Of a stretch of 64,000 bases of DNA, positions 15,048 through 30,747 are shown in pieces. The translations under genes were made by a program, and so were the position numbers. This stretch comes from Octopus vulgaris (taxonomy: Eukaryota): contig OX597815.1 in the NCBI GenBank assembly GCA_951406725.2, forward strand, positions 86,118,001 to 86,182,000, written 5' to 3'. The notes beneath the pieces were generated by a model that was given only the letters and a program-made list of their open reading frames with translations, was not told the DNA's origin and did no database searches. Positions within the stretch are counted from its first letter, which is position 1. Each line of letters starts with the position of its first letter.

Positions 15048-15906
15048 TATTGTGATATTGTATATTTTATGTATATTCTCCTAAAAATACAATGATAGTG
15101 CCGTAAAAAAATATGTCCGATAATTAATTTGTAAGATAATGCATATTATTTCCAGTATTTTTATTCATTTATATTATAACGCTTTTGGTGAACAAATAAC
15201 GTTCCCAATGAGGCACTGACTCGTTTAGTGTGTTTCTGACTCAGCGAGAGTGAGAAGAGTGCACGTCCTGACTAAATATGTCAGACAAAATTGACCTGAA
15301 ATGTCTGACAATAAAAAAGGTTTGTGTACAACAAAAATAATACATATATATATATATATATATACGAATATTGAAACTAACAATGACACGTGTGTTTGTT
15401 AATCTTGCCAGAAATAAATGTGATATGTGGGAGCTAAACATGTAGGTAGGTTCGTCCTGTGTCTTTGAAAAAGAATAATTAGCTCTCAGAAAACGTAGTC
15501 TGCAATGCTTTCTATTCTCAGTCAAGATTACGCTGTTATTGCTCTTCGGGTAAAACATAAATACCATGTAATCTGCTTCTCCAGAAATCTTGAAAATCTA
15601 TGGAATATAAGCTCATTGTCATATCCAGATTCTTTTGTGAAGCCTTTTCATGTGACATGAGTTAATCATGCTTGAAAGAACCTATCGCGGAAACCCATAA
15701 ACTCAGATATACGTAGTCTTGTCTATGATCTACTTTTAAACACTGGGGTTGAATCTATTTATCTTTATTTGCACTTGTAATAATCTTTAGAGACAGTGTA
15801 ACATCAGGACAACAACGTTTTTGTCACAAACAGACATACGCATACATATCTCTCTCTCTGGCCCAACACTCATCCCTCTCTTTCTATCACTCTGTATGTT
15901 TGTCTC

Positions 15907-15956
<50 letters not shown>

Positions 15957-16015
15957 CGTATATATGATTACGTGTGTGCGTATTTTCGTACGTGCATCAA
16001 TATGCATATATATGT

Positions 16016-16055
<40 letters not shown>

Positions 16056-16083
16056 GCATATACAGACATACATACATATATAC

Positions 16084-16153
<70 letters not shown>

Positions 16154-16646
16154 TAGCATATTTATGTATATATATATATATATATATATGCCAGCATATA
16201 TATGTGTGTGTTTGTGTGTATGTCAGCATACCGGTTACTAGTTTCTCTTAAACTTATATGATTTATTTGTACCAACATTTATCTTGAGAATGCATAAAAT
16301 ATACATCACATTACATTTGCCTCAACGAACACAACGAAGTTTAAGAAACTCTCAGTGTTATTAACAATAGAAATACCAGAAGTCGTCATATGTAATAATA
16401 ATATATTATGTAGTCGAATAACCAAGATGCAGATGTTTAGCACTTCCATTATCTTCATAAATATCCGCAGCATCATTATCACTATATTTTTCCTTTATCA
16501 TATCATTTTCTATTGAGTTTCTAGTCTTCCTTTCGTATCTATTCTTCACTTACAGGTCACTATTTGCATATTTCATATGTTCACACATTCAAATGTATCA
16601 ATACGCAGCACTATAAAACTTCTCTCAAACGATTCCTCACTGCCGC

Positions 16647-16689
<43 letters not shown>

Positions 16690-17034
16690 CTACATATCTT
16701 CTATCTATCTGTCCACCTCTCTGTTGTCGGTCTGTCTGTCCGTTTTTCTGTTCGTCTGTCTGTCTTTCTATCTATTTACCTCTTTATTTATCTACCTACT
16801 TATATATCTATGTATCTTTTATCAACCTACCTACATAAGTATTTGAGACAGCAATCATCTATACATTACATACATCGCAATATACATACCTAGCCATTAT
16901 CTATCTTACCTGCCTACGTACCATGCTTATCTTTCTCTATCTTCTCACCATTTTTCTCTCTGTTTCGTCAATCAACCGAATTTCTATGCAGTTCGTGATA
17001 TAAGAGTTTGTCCACGTTTACAAGTGACAAGACT

Positions 17035-17094
<60 letters not shown>

Positions 17095-18576
17095 GCGAAA
17101 ACAATAATATACATCCTCATGTCTTTGTGGTCATGATATATTCGTGGTAGCCTCATAAAAACACAGCAAACACATCTAAAAGGAAAAATTTACTAATTTC
17201 GTTGTTCATCTCAACTGTTCTTAATACTAAAAATATATGAATGCTGAACTGAATATTAATTTTTTTTCTCTTTCTTTTAGAATCTAATAGGTGTCTCATC
17301 TAAGCAACACTAGAAACGATAGCTTCAATCAAATTTCGATTCTATTTATAAATGTTACGAGGTTTATACGTAATGTTTGTATTTGAAAAATTCTAGTAAC
17401 ATACAGAGAAGCATTATGTTTTCTATCAGAACCAAAGAAATTGAAAAGCAGCATCGAGACACTTGTATAAGAAATTTCAAAATATTAAGCATATTTTAAA
17501 CATCCTAAAATTCAAAGTTTATAAATAAATAGTAAGTACAAAATAAAATATACAAGAATTATGCATTAAAAAAATATAACAGCTATATATATTGACGTTG
17601 TAATTCTATTAGAGAATTACAAGCAATGTTTTCAGGATTTATTGAAGATACAAATTTATGGAGTCGCTTCATGTTTTCATTTCAAAGCTTTTAGACTGAT
17701 ATTCGTATACTTATACCTTTTTACAGGATCTTATCGACACATTTAATGGGTTGAATTTTTTGTTTTCCTGTATACTATTTTTACGGAAACAAATATGACT
17801 GTCTATAAATAATTTGGAGCGATAGATCATGGGCCTAGGTTTTCAGAATTACCAGGTGTTTCTTGAGTGAGATATATCTAGGCTAAATGTTATAAATGAA
17901 ATATTTTAACATGACAAGAAATGTAAATAAACAGTAGACTATTTATTGAATAGGAAAACAAATTTTTATCGTGTAGAAAGGTTAAGATCAAATGAGAATA
18001 CTCGAATAGCTGATTTTGAAATGGTTGTTATTTAACTTCATATCAGCATTGAACAAGATAGGCTAATGGATAAAGGCAACGCAACTCTGACCGTCCCTAT
18101 TTCTATTATTTTTCTGAAATACCAGAAACGAGGGATAAATTATCGATTATGTCGTTTCTCATACGCTAGAGTGTGGTTTGAGGCAGAGCATTTAATAGTT
18201 GACTGATATATATATGTTAGCAAAATAGTATGAACGCTTGAGGGTTAACCACCTTCTATAAAAGTCTCCTAAGGTTTACTTTAAAATTTCTTGTTTTATA
18301 TACATTGAGAACAGAATTGTGGACATATCCTTCTGACAGATATAGATACTAAATTTGATTATGCACAGCCACGAATCCACTCACCAAAATAATTTAATTT
18401 ACGAAATATATAAACTATCCTTTGTCTTACTATCTTTGTCATTCGCTTCCTCACCTCTTCCCTTTTCTCTCTCTAGGTATGTACACACACATACAAACAT
18501 AATAACACTAACACACACTCACCACACACACACACACACACACATAATTGTGTGTGTTTGTATGTATGTAGATGTG

Positions 18577-18713
<137 letters not shown>

Positions 18714-19316
18714 TATATATATATATATGTGTGTATGTGTGTATGTTTGTATCTATGTATAAATTATACACACATAAATCATGATCGCTTGGACAAAATG
18801 AAGTTTTTCTCGCTATGCTATGACACTTAAACCAACCCTTAAACAGTGAAATCCAGGATCTGAATTCGAAGTGGAACGGATATGCATTTCTTCTGAGCTA
18901 AATAGTCAACACATGCACTGGTTGTCGTCACATTAAATGAAATTCGATTTACATCAAATAGAAAAATTATCAAGCTGGTTTGTAGTTCAGAATATTTTCA
19001 ATACTGCTGAAGCGAGGATGAAAACAAGATATCATGTAATAATATAACCGATGTGGACACCTGAGTAGATTTTCCTTTGATGGAATGTAATATTGATTCG
19101 TGTACAGTAAGTGATTTGGCTTCAATTACCTCACACATTGAATTCACAATTAAAATATCGACAGCACATATACAATCAGATGCACACATCAATATATGTA
19201 TATTAACATAAATCCGTTTATATGTCGATATGAGTAACTGAAGCTCCCCGAATCCTAACTCACATTCATGTTGGCGAGTATTTGAATCAATTGCGGGAAA
19301 GGAAACGGCCTCCGAA

Positions 19317-19463
<147 letters not shown>

Positions 19464-19509
19464 TTCATATAGATATAAACATATAGATATACATATAGAT
19501 ATAAATATA

Positions 19510-19973
19510 AAGGGGGAAGAGTAATGGTATTGGGAGTGATTTATGCTGCTGATCCTCGTCCCCTTATTCGCCTACAATGGTCCGTCACTGCTGAAATCTA
19601 CAAGCAGATTCTTAGACAGCATTCCCATCCACATATCCGATCCTCGTCAGCTCAACCGCTTATCTTCGTGCAGGAAAACTCTCCCTGTCACACTGCGAAG
19701 TGAGTCAAAAATTTTTTGAGTGATAAAGGGATTGATCTCAACCCTATAGAAAGCGTTTGAAGATTATTGGAAATGGAAATTATTGAAAAACGAATGGAAC
19801 AATATTACTCCATCATTTTGCAAGTAATTAATTCAGTACTGTGGTAACAGATGTCAGGAGGTCATTGATAGTAAAGGGATGTTCACAAAATATTAATAGT
19901 AAGAATTTCTTTTTTGCTCTTGTTCCAGTTCTCATTGTTTTTCTAAGTGACCCTTAACTTTTGGCCATTGCAG
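19510..19973 (+). mobile_element. Tc1-like transposon 3' fragment
   Basis: [26 protein letters not shown] and DLNPIESV, followed by a TIR-like end cttaacttttggccattgcagt. Confidence 0.8.
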
Positions 19974-21555
19974 TTTGTTTCTTTCCTCATAATGTACGAG
20001 ATATTTATTCCATTCACTTGAAATTATCACGATATTAGATATATCTGAATATATGTAAAATATCTAGTCTCGACGTTTTGTTAATCTTCTATAATAAATA
20101 TTTCAATACACTTGTTCTTACTGACCCTTATATTATCGCCGATACTGCATATGTATTAGTGCATGCGCGCGCGCACACACGCACTCACACACCTCACACA
20201 CACAAACACATACAAGTACGCACGCACAGACACATACACACACATATATATATTAATACATACACATCACATACACACACACACAAACATTTATATATAG
20301 ACAAAATTATTGAAACCTCACTGGGAGCAAACGCAAACAATGATAAACACAATAATAATAAACATATCTGGATTCTATCTTTGTCCAATTGGTATATTGT
20401 AAACTGTATCTTTTCCAACTAACATTGTTCTGATAAGGTATTGGCATATCAACTTAAAGTCACTTCATCTCATAATATAGATAGCTATATACAAGACTTA
20501 CGGTTAATACTTTTAAAAGTAGATACACACAACACATATTTACTTTTCGGCACTTTGCATATGTCATAAAAAAACAGCAAACACTATGTACAAGTGAACT
20601 AGGCGTGATGTTTTGACCTGGAATGATTTGACCTCCATTAAAGAGAGGGTGAATAACAGACTATTTGCGTGGGTATGGACATAAACACAGATCCGCAGCA
20701 GAAATAAATATCTTACAATATGATTTAATAAATAATGTATATAATCACTTTAGAAATTCTGCCACAAAATATCTTCTGCACCATCGTATTTACGTCAACA
20801 ATCACCAAAATATATATTTTTAATCTTCATATTTAAGTATTTTCAATATATCCACATTTTTATCTTATACATTATATTTCATTTTTTAATTTTTATCATT
20901 ATTTTATTCATCTAAATATTTTCGTTGTATTGTTTATTATATTTTATTATTTTCATTATTGTCAATAAATTTTAGTCTCATTATGTTTTTAATTCCATTG
21001 TTATCTCCTTAACGTACGTATATGTATATGAAAGTATGCATACACACAGAAACACACACATATGAATACATACATACATACATACATACATACATACACA
21101 CAAGCACTCACACCTGACACACATAGTCATAAAGTTATAGTAAGTGTGGCATATGTATTTACGTAGATGGTTATTGGTCTTTTTTATGTATTTTATAATG
21201 TATATATTTCATTATACATACACCAAACACTTTCTTCTTATATGTCTTGTTATGTATGCATGATTTATTATATACTATACGCGTTTTCTTTATATTAAAT
21301 TACGTTACCTTTTGTTATATTTCATTATATCACATTATATTGTACCACATTCTATTATATTGTATTCTATAACATTTCATTTTTATAATACATTTATTAT
21401 GTTGTATATGATATGGTGACTGAAATATATATGTATTATGTGTAATAGCATTTCTACTGCATTGTATAACGTTCTATTATATGCATTTCATGTATCATGC
21501 GTGTGTATTTTGTGTATAGTATTTACTCATCTCTATCTATCTACCCAGCTATTTC

Positions 21556-21603
<48 letters not shown>

Positions 21604-21734
21604 GTATTGGTAACCAGATTATCCAAGATGGCAGGTAAGGCTATGTAAGTGCTACGGGAGGACCGTAGTTAGACTCTCGGTTCGATAATGATGCGAGTGA
21701 GGAATCTAATACGGGTTTTGTGTGAGCATGTATA

Positions 21735-22116
21735 TCTCTCTCTATATAAACGGCAGTTTGTCTGTGCGTTTTCTGTGTGTCTGTTTGCTTGTACCCTCAC
21801 CCTGACCACGGCTTTCAACCGATTCTGATGAAACTTGACACACACATAACCCAATGTCATAATTCAAAACTAACGCAGCGAAAATTTTGAGAAGTTCCCC
21901 CAGTTCTGAAAAAAATCGATAAATTCGACATAGGGTCGAGAATCAGAAACACAAACCGCAAACTGTCTAGGGGACGCAACTCCACCTTTTTTAACTAAAA
22001 AAAAAATTTACCATAATTTTTTTCCATTTTTTTGCTATTTTTTGGCTATAACTCTATAAAAATGCTTTATAGTTATTTCCCTTACAAACCTGAGCAACGC
22101 CGGGCGATACTGCTAG
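21735..22116 (+). mobile_element. Non-autonomous Helitron
   Basis: 5' TC follows an A, a subterminal hairpin cctg-agcaacgc-cggg is present, the 3' CTAG is followed by T, and there is no TSD. Confidence 0.78.
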
Positions 22117-22183
22117 TGTTAAATAAAATGAAACAACAAAACCAAGGCCGTGTGGAATTTATAGGACATTTATAAAGACTATC

Positions 22184-22236
22184 TGTCTTATAGCTGTTTC
22201 TGGGATATTAGGGATATCCCTTCATCAGAGATGACA
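22184..22236 (-). ncRNA. Type I hammerhead ribozyme motif with canonical CUGAUGA/GAAA boxes
   Basis: The minus strand reads tct-CTGATGA-a-GGGATAT-cccta-ATATCCC-a-GAAA-CAGCTA-TA-aga. Stem II is 7 bp and stem III is a near-palindrome (ACAGCT[A]T, one mismatch). It sits in a pLTR-like segment (~22118-22500). Confidence 0.78.
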
Positions 22237-23357
22237 TGAGAGACTTAACTATAGGGAAATAGTAGAGTTCAATATAAGGACTTATTTTGGAAAAGGATGG
22301 ATATAGGAAGTATAAAGTGGAATAAGAGAATAAAAATAATGGGAAAAATATATGTAGGATGTTACAGTTGCAGTTCCATTATCCAAGGAAACTGTGTGTA
22401 AAATGGGTAGAAATACTTCTTGACCATGGTATGTAGATTCCGATAAGAATTCATATTTTGTTATTACAAGGGGATAGTGTGGAGACATAAATTCCATGTG
22501 CTGTTCATTTAATGGGATCTTTGAATGAACGGTGCCCCAGTAGGGCTGCGGTCTAACGACTGAAGCAAGTAAGGGAGTAAACATTTTTTTCAGTATTTAT
22601 GCGGGTTCGATTCTTGTCGGTTCTGTAGCTGAACCACTATCTTTTAAGTATCCTCTTTAACAAATCTATTAACACGGAAAGTATTCAACTGTTTGGCAAA
22701 ATCTTGATAAATTACACCCTTCCATTACAATGGTAGCGTGGAAGTTGGTCTTCTTCATGGAAATAAAACTGCACGTCATCAAATTCCTCTTGAATGCTTT
22801 ACGTGACTGATTGTCGCACCTATTATTTATAAATTCCAATGGAACTTAGGGAAAAAGTTAATTTGTTCAAAGTTTAAACTGGTTCCCTTCATTATTTCCT
22901 ATGGGTTACATCTAAAACGAAATGAAAATTGAATCATCAGCTATTAAAGAGTGCTTCCATACTTTTAGAATACGCTGTATATATAAATATATATTTATAT
23001 ATATATACGCATATACATAAATACATACACATAAATACGCACACGTACATATATATGTATATACACCCACACACCCACGCAAACATACACACATATAATA
23101 GAGGTGGTTTTAACCATTTATTTGTTACTATCGTTTGAATGGGGCACAGAGTAGAAGTGTTTACATGATCAAATCAACCTCCGTACTTTTATCAGAGCGA
23201 TTTCATACCTACACAGATAGGACTGCACCTGTAACCTATACCAGTACACACCTGGTCCTTTTCCTTCTCTCTGTTTTCCTCTCTTGCTAAACATAAGCAT
23301 ACATCTCTACTATGTATATATGTATATATGTATGTGTTTGTGTATGTATGTATGTAT

Positions 23358-23394
<37 letters not shown>

Positions 23395-24744
23395 ATATAT
23401 ACACACACATATAAAGACATATACAAACACATATATATGTATGTATATATGTATATAGAGAGAGATATAGATTTACATATGGGTGTACACATACTGAATG
23501 AAGTGAAAAAAAGACGTAAAGTCATATGGAAACATATGGTTGCTTCTATGTGAATACACACACACACAACACACGCATACACACAGGTACACACACGCAC
23601 ACATACGCACACGCACACACACACAAACACACACACACACATAATGATAACGTGAGGGAGGTGATGCATATGTTCATAAAGGTTAATATAATAAATCAGA
23701 AATATATGACTATCTCACGTATCGCTTCGAGATCATAGAATCAATTTCTTGCCCTTTCTTGTTCACATGCATCCAGTAGCTTCTAATCATCCCTTTTGAC
23801 CTTTTTGGAGAAGTGTTACATTTGTGCCATCTCTAACCTATTTGAGGAATACAGTATTATGCGTCGGAATTGATAACAGAGTAGAGTGTACTCAATGAAT
23901 TTCAATTAGCCTTAGTGAACAGTAAGGAACGTGTTTGATATACCTCAAACCACTAGAAATAGCTTCTAAATCTCATTCATTTCTGGTCATATATCGGTAG
24001 CGTACGTAGTTTCTGATAACTCTGCTCGAAGAAGATATAAACGGAAAGACGATATGGTAACGACGGGTATTCTTTTGAACGTAAGTCTAACCTCAGTGGG
24101 CTGCGGTGAGGTTAAATGGCAGCATTAATAACAAGAAAAAATATCAAGACCGTCTAATATTTCGCTTTTATTTGTAAATCAACAGCGGCAATACAGTAAC
24201 ACATGCCGATGTATGAATCCAAACACAGACGTACATAAATACAAACATATATGCATATATAGTTACTGCTTTTCTTTGAAGCAGGAATATTAAAGTATAT
24301 ATTAGAGGCTATGAAGTTTACTTTATAAAATTTTAATTAAAATATGCTTAAATTATTAACTAAACGTTCATAATATCTCCTCGTATTTGTTTAAGTAAAT
24401 ATGAATCTATGCACAGCGTACACGCCAATACACACACGTACATACAAACGGATTTTATTAAGCATACAACTTACACACACATGCATGTGTTCATATTTAC
24501 TTTATTTTCATCTTTAATCTCATTCCTGGTTTCAGTCATTTATTGAAATGCTGCTGTTGTGTGACACCATCTTCAATGATTTTAGACAGTTGGATAGCTC
24601 ACACACACTGTCGTATATATCTTGTCGATGTTTCCTTTTTTTAATGGTTGTCACTCGAACCGAGAAAGACAGTTCTGCAATTTCTTCTTGAACGATTTGC
24701 ATTGAAAATTTGCTTATAGTGGTCAAATGTTAGTGCTATATATT

Positions 24745-24937
24745 AACTCATTCCCTCCATCAAACTGATATTACCTATACAGGTGCAGAGTGTGCCACAC
24801 GTTAAACGTCGAAGTAATAGTAGCACAACGTGAGCTGAAGTGTTTTCTGAACTCAAAGCACCGCCTTGTTCGGGAATCAAACCCACAAACTCGTGATCTG
24901 GAGTGCAACACCCTAAACACTGAGCCACGCCCCTCAC
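24745..24937 (-). mobile_element. tRNA-derived SINE fragment (related decayed copy at ~43090-43400, plus strand)
   Basis: The minus strand has an A box gtggctcagtg and a B box ggtttgattcc, followed by aacacttcagctcacgttg (compare aacactttatttcacgttg at ~43172). Confidence 0.6.
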
Positions 24938-26072
24938 GGGAACTATTTATGCTGATTGGCGAAATAATTTCCCACTAGTGTGTCTCTGAGAAGCCACCAC
25001 TTTCTTAAATTTAGGACACCGCACGATTCTGATCACCTTCTGCTGGTGCTTGCATAGAGCGAATTAGTCAGACGATGAAACCGACCACAACAACCACCCT
25101 CACGTTCTCTGTGCTGTGATACTTCAGTTGTTGATAGATCGCTGAATTACTCCTTCGTCCCTACAGTCACAAAGCTATGACAGTTGGACCAAGCAGTTAC
25201 TAAACCCAGACTAGTTCTGTGCTGGACGGAAAGACATTAGCGAATTTTCGACGGCGTTAGTTTCTGATTTAGGAGTTTTGAGAAAGAAATTATTTACTTT
25301 ACTTTCGGTTTGGCTACTCCTGCACGTGTGAGCGAATGTCCTCAAAAACATCATAAGAAGTGGCTTCCCCTCTGAGGTCTAATACTGTTGTTGATGTTAT
25401 GTTTGTTGTGGTTGCTTCTGTTGAGGTTTTCTTTTACATATCCCCTTTCATCCGATTCAAGTCAGAAAGCTCTCAAGTGGTGTTTGTTACAATGCGAACA
25501 GCAACTGGAACATTCTACTCTCTCCACGCATTTTCTTTTGTCTAATGCTGACCGATATCTCCTACATTCCTTCCGTTTTCGCTAGGAAAGGTGGTGTTCT
25601 AGCTATATGTTCCCCCGTTGATGTCGTAGAAAATTGTATCTTCCCCTGGCTGACTAACACGGAGTGTATTAGAAATTTATCTGATTACGTAATTTTTGTG
25701 TATGTGTTTGTTGGTTATATGTTTTTTTTTATCATCATGTGTCTTTTCTTTGTTTCTGAAATATAGGAATAAACTCACAACTACTACCTTTGTGACAGGC
25801 ACCTCCATTTGTTATATCAGAGATAGGCATATTGAAGAACCAATTAACAAACCGAATTGAATGATCGCAAAAATACGCATACAATAAAAAGTTCTTTTTT
25901 TCTGACCCTGGTGTAATGAAGTAGATATTGCAATGTTCTGAAGCCACTTCACAAATAGAACAAAATATTATTTTTTCAGATACTAATCTAAGAAGGATAT
26001 ATTTTCTATGTACATTTCTGTGAAACATGATCGTGCACAACACCAAGCAGAGTAACAGTAGCAACTAATAAC

Positions 26073-26134
<62 letters not shown>

Positions 26135-26151
26135 TAATAATGATAATAATA

Positions 26152-26192
<41 letters not shown>

Positions 26193-26217
26193 AATAATGA
26201 TACTACTACTACTGCTG

Positions 26218-26286
<69 letters not shown>

Positions 26287-26293
26287 TTACTAC

Positions 26294-26766
<473 letters not shown>

Positions 26767-26779
26767 TATAATAATAATA

Positions 26780-27548
26780 GGACTCAAAGCAGAAACAGAG
26801 GGATTTTTAATTGCAGCACAAAACCAAAGCCTCCCACCAGAAATTACCAAAAACATGTAATGAAAAGAAATATTACAAGTAACTGCAGAATATGTGGAGA
26901 TGGACAAGAAACAATAAATCATATTATCTCTAGCTGCCCAGTCCTGGCTAAGAAGGAATATATTCACAGACATGACAGAGTTGGAACCTACATACATTGG
27001 AAGCTATGCCAACATTATGGAATAACAACAGAAAAAAGATGGTATAGGCACACACCAGAAAAGGTCACAGAAAACGAGAAAGCATCCATACTCTGGGATA
27101 TGCCGATACACACAGATAGAGAAATTAAGGCCAACATACCAGATATAGATTGTCAGAGATCATGAAGAAAAAAAATGCTTTCTAATTGATGTATCAATAC
27201 CGGCAGATGACAACGTGTCTCTAAAAGAAATGGAGAAACTTTCAAAATACAAAGACCTGGAAATAGAGGTAACTAGAATGTGGAACCTGAAAACAGAAGC
27301 AATTCCTATCATAATAGGTGCATTAGGCATGATAAAAAAATATTCAGACAAATACATAACAAAAACACCAGGACTTACAAACACATATAACATACAGAAA
27401 ATTGCGCTACTAGGCACTGCACACATCCTACGCAGAACACTTTCCATACAATAACCATCAGAGCATCACAACAAATCACAGCACATACCCAAGGCACACA
27501 GAGCTGCGCTCGGTAGTGAAGTGAAAGCACGCTATAAAAATAAAACTA

Positions 27549-27551
<3 letters not shown>
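26780..27551 (+). mobile_element. 5'-truncated R4/Dong-clade non-LTR retrotransposon (CCHC zinc knuckle + RLE endonuclease) in (TAA)n
   Basis: LKAETEGFLIAAQ, CRICGDGQETINHIISSC (CCHC), RHD, ILWD..PD, LIDVSIP..EKLSKY (PD-(D/E)xK type) and KIALLGTAHILRRTL*. Two frameshifts. (AAT)n on both sides. Confidence 0.9.
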
Positions 27552-27620
<69 letters not shown>

Positions 27621-27621
<1 letters not shown>

Positions 27622-27855
27622 CTCATATCCGACGCAAAATACTTTCTATGTAATCTCAAGTTTTAAAACAAGCATATTTTTCGTTTATTTTTGTTTTTTT
27701 TTTACATTCACTAGTACAACACAAAGTACAAAACCAAATATATGGCGCACCAGGCATAACAACATCACGAACTTCCAGCCTGTTGTCTCTTGAGGTCTCT
27801 GGGTGAGACTTGGAGCCAACTTGTACAAATATAAAGCAAAAGTCAAACGTAGAAT
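27621..27855 (+). mobile_element. 3' end of a second Dong-like family
   Basis: Begins AHIRRKILSM* (compare AHILRRTLSIQ*), has a different 3' UTR, and is flanked by (AAT)n. Confidence 0.65.
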
Positions 27856-27865
27856 AATAATAATA

Positions 27866-28058
27866 GAAAATTCTAACTGGGCCCCACCTGCAAGGTCATA
27901 TGCTGTTTATCTTGATATGAGATCACCATGTCGCGCACATATGGTTGTGATGCATGTGCCTGGTGTATCCTTATCAGACAGGTAATCATGATGAATATAC
28001 TGGGCTTCGTATATTTTACCCCAGTGTCACTTCGATGGCATGCACTGCTCTCTCACTC
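27866..28058 (+). mobile_element. Unclassified retroposon 3' end in the same (TAA)n tract
   Basis: A ~190 bp complex segment between two (AAT)n runs with no recognisable peptide. Confidence 0.35.
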
Positions 28059-28065
28059 AATAATG

Positions 28066-28140
<75 letters not shown>

Positions 28141-28142
<2 letters not shown>

Positions 28143-28370
28143 CTTTTCTACAAAAGGCACAAGGCCTGAAATCTTGGGGAGGGGACTAGTCGATTACATC
28201 ATGCTGCCAGTTCGCCACCTTCTTTCAAGGTCCGACACTTGGGGCAAATAAAGCTGGCCGATCACATCAACTCTCTGGAAAATGTTTTCATCGACTTAGA
28301 ATTTATGGCACTTGAACTCAGAACGTAAAGAATGCAAGAAATGTCGCTTAGCACTTTCCCCCAGCACAAT
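28141..28370 (-). mobile_element. Rearranged Meta-type SINE
   Basis: ttctacaaaaggcacaaggcctgaaat..gtcgattacatc and ttgaactcagaacgtaaag match the family. Confidence 0.6.
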
Positions 28371-28376
28371 CTATCT

Positions 28377-28425
<49 letters not shown>

Positions 28426-28476
28426 AACTGATCGATCTATCGATCTATGTATCTATCGATCATCTTTCCTCTGTGT

Positions 28477-28559
<83 letters not shown>

Positions 28560-29459
28560 CAAATAAGAATTAAGGATGCACAGGTGTCAATACGTAACGG
28601 CGGTTTCAAGTGGCTCCTTTTAATTGATCAATGAAAGCATTACATCAATTTGAAAAAATCGCTGTCTTCAGATGCAGAGGGCCATATATATTTTAAACAT
28701 AAAGGATAAATCATTTTTAACAAATTTACATCAATAATATAAACCAAAATAATTACATTGTTTCCATGTTTTATCTGTGGTAGAATGAGTTTAGTGAATA
28801 ATAAATATCTTATTAAGCTTACTATAATTATTAAGCTTACTAGAGGAAAAAATAGAGCAGGTCAAGATAAAGGAGTGGTGCGGTAGTCTATATCTATAAA
28901 ACAGTCCTTGGACGAAAATTGTATGCACATTTTGCTTTGACGGTTAATGACGGCCAAACCGAGGCTAGGATCGAGCTGAAAATTGGCAGGGATACTAAAT
29001 ACATCGTGAGGATGAGACCCGCAATGGTTTAAATTCACAAGCTATAAAGATGTGGTTTCTATGGCAAAAGAGTGATTTTTGATCTCTCTATAACGACGTT
29101 TGACAGCTTCGTCTCTCTGTCACTCTTTCTCCCACTACCTCTCTCTCACTGTACGTCTGTCTGTATCTCTAGAGAGAGAGCTTTGACAGCCGCAAAAGTT
29201 TAAATATACCTGCCACAGGTCTTTTAGAACGGGGAATTATTATTGCCCACCACCATCGCAAATCATAACATATATTATTAATCAGATATATTGTATTAAG
29301 TTATATATCGCTTTTTTTTTCTCTTTTTACTTGTTTCAGTCATTTTGACTCCGGCCATGCTGGAGCACCGCCTTTAATCGAACAACTCGACCCCGGGACT
29401 TATTCTTTGTAAGCCCAGTACTTATTCTATCGGTCTCTTTTGTGTGTATATAAATATGA

Positions 29460-29531
<72 letters not shown>

Positions 29532-29649
29532 TGTGTGTGTGTGTATGCATATAAATTGTATATGTTTATATATATATGTGTAGACATGTACATATAATGC
29601 GTATATATGTACATATTTAATGCGTATGTATATATATATGTATATATAT

Positions 29650-29896
29650 ATATATTTAATGTGTGCATATATAGTCGGATTGACCTGAAAATATGCACAC
29701 CTTTGTTAAAAGTGCTAGCGAGTTTGCATGGGGACTTTGAGTTTCCTCACTTGAAACGCATGGCCTCTAGGGCGAAATTCATCATCTTTTAAAATGTGGT
29801 CCGCTTAGACCCGAATGAAATCGGCTATAATACCGAAACAAGTAAAACAATAATAGGCAATTTTAATCCCGAGCAAGGCCGGGTATATCTGTCTAA
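29650..29896 (+). mobile_element. Degraded Helitron 3' portion
   Basis: cccgagcaaggccgggtatatctgtctaa matches the terminus at 22088-22116. The 5' boundary is uncertain. Confidence 0.5.
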
Positions 29897-30376
29897 TCTA
29901 TAAAATGAAGAAAGTGAACGTTGATACAAATTTATGTAAAAAGTGGTTTAAATGGGGCTGGAAGAGGATTAACATTTACAGGAGTGGGTAACCTGGGGTG
30001 AGAAATTGATTGGGGGACGTTTTGGGGCGTTGCAGTTGTTGCTTTGGTGTGAAAACGAGGATTTTATCGATTTTTGGGGACACTTGGGGATTTAGATTGG
30101 ACACATCTTTCCCGATTTCAATCAAATTTTCAGCATGGCAAAGTGGAAGCGGAAATCTATTTTTTTATAAATGGGAGAGAGATAGATAGTGAAATATAGA
30201 GAGTAAAAGAAAGCGAGGGAGAGTTCTAGAGAAAGGAAGAATAAGAGAGTGGGAAAGTGGGAGAGAAATGAAAGAGAAACAAAGAGGGTGAATGTAGCAA
30301 TAAGAAACAGAAATGAAGCATGAGAAAGTAACAACCACACCCTCACCCGCGGGTAGAGCGGATCACCTTAAGCTAG
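29897..30376 (+). mobile_element. Non-autonomous Helitron directly following the previous one
   Basis: Starts TCTATAAAATG and ends with the hairpin ccgc-gggtaga-gcgg, then CTAG|T. Confidence 0.55.
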
Positions 30377-30580
30377 TTACTTATATTTAGAAGATGTAGT
30401 CTTCAACCATCTAGAATTAAATCCATTGGAAATTGTCAGCTGTATGCCAATTAATTGTGATAAATCAATTAATGAAACAGCCGTAATGTATTGATACCTG
30501 TAGATCCTTGCTACTTATCTACATTGTGTTCATCTACCTTACAGCTGTGTGTATTTATATGTACATATATTATGTGTGTG

Positions 30581-30661
<81 letters not shown>

Positions 30662-30695
30662 TTAAATCTTCGTTCAGCTCCATTTCTTTCTACAC

Positions 30696-30743
<48 letters not shown>

Positions 30744-30747
<4 letters not shown>

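Noticed and set aside
21826-21836. CTGATGAAAC inside the Helitron as a hammerhead core
   Set aside because: There is no stem II, no separate GAAA box and no pairing stems.
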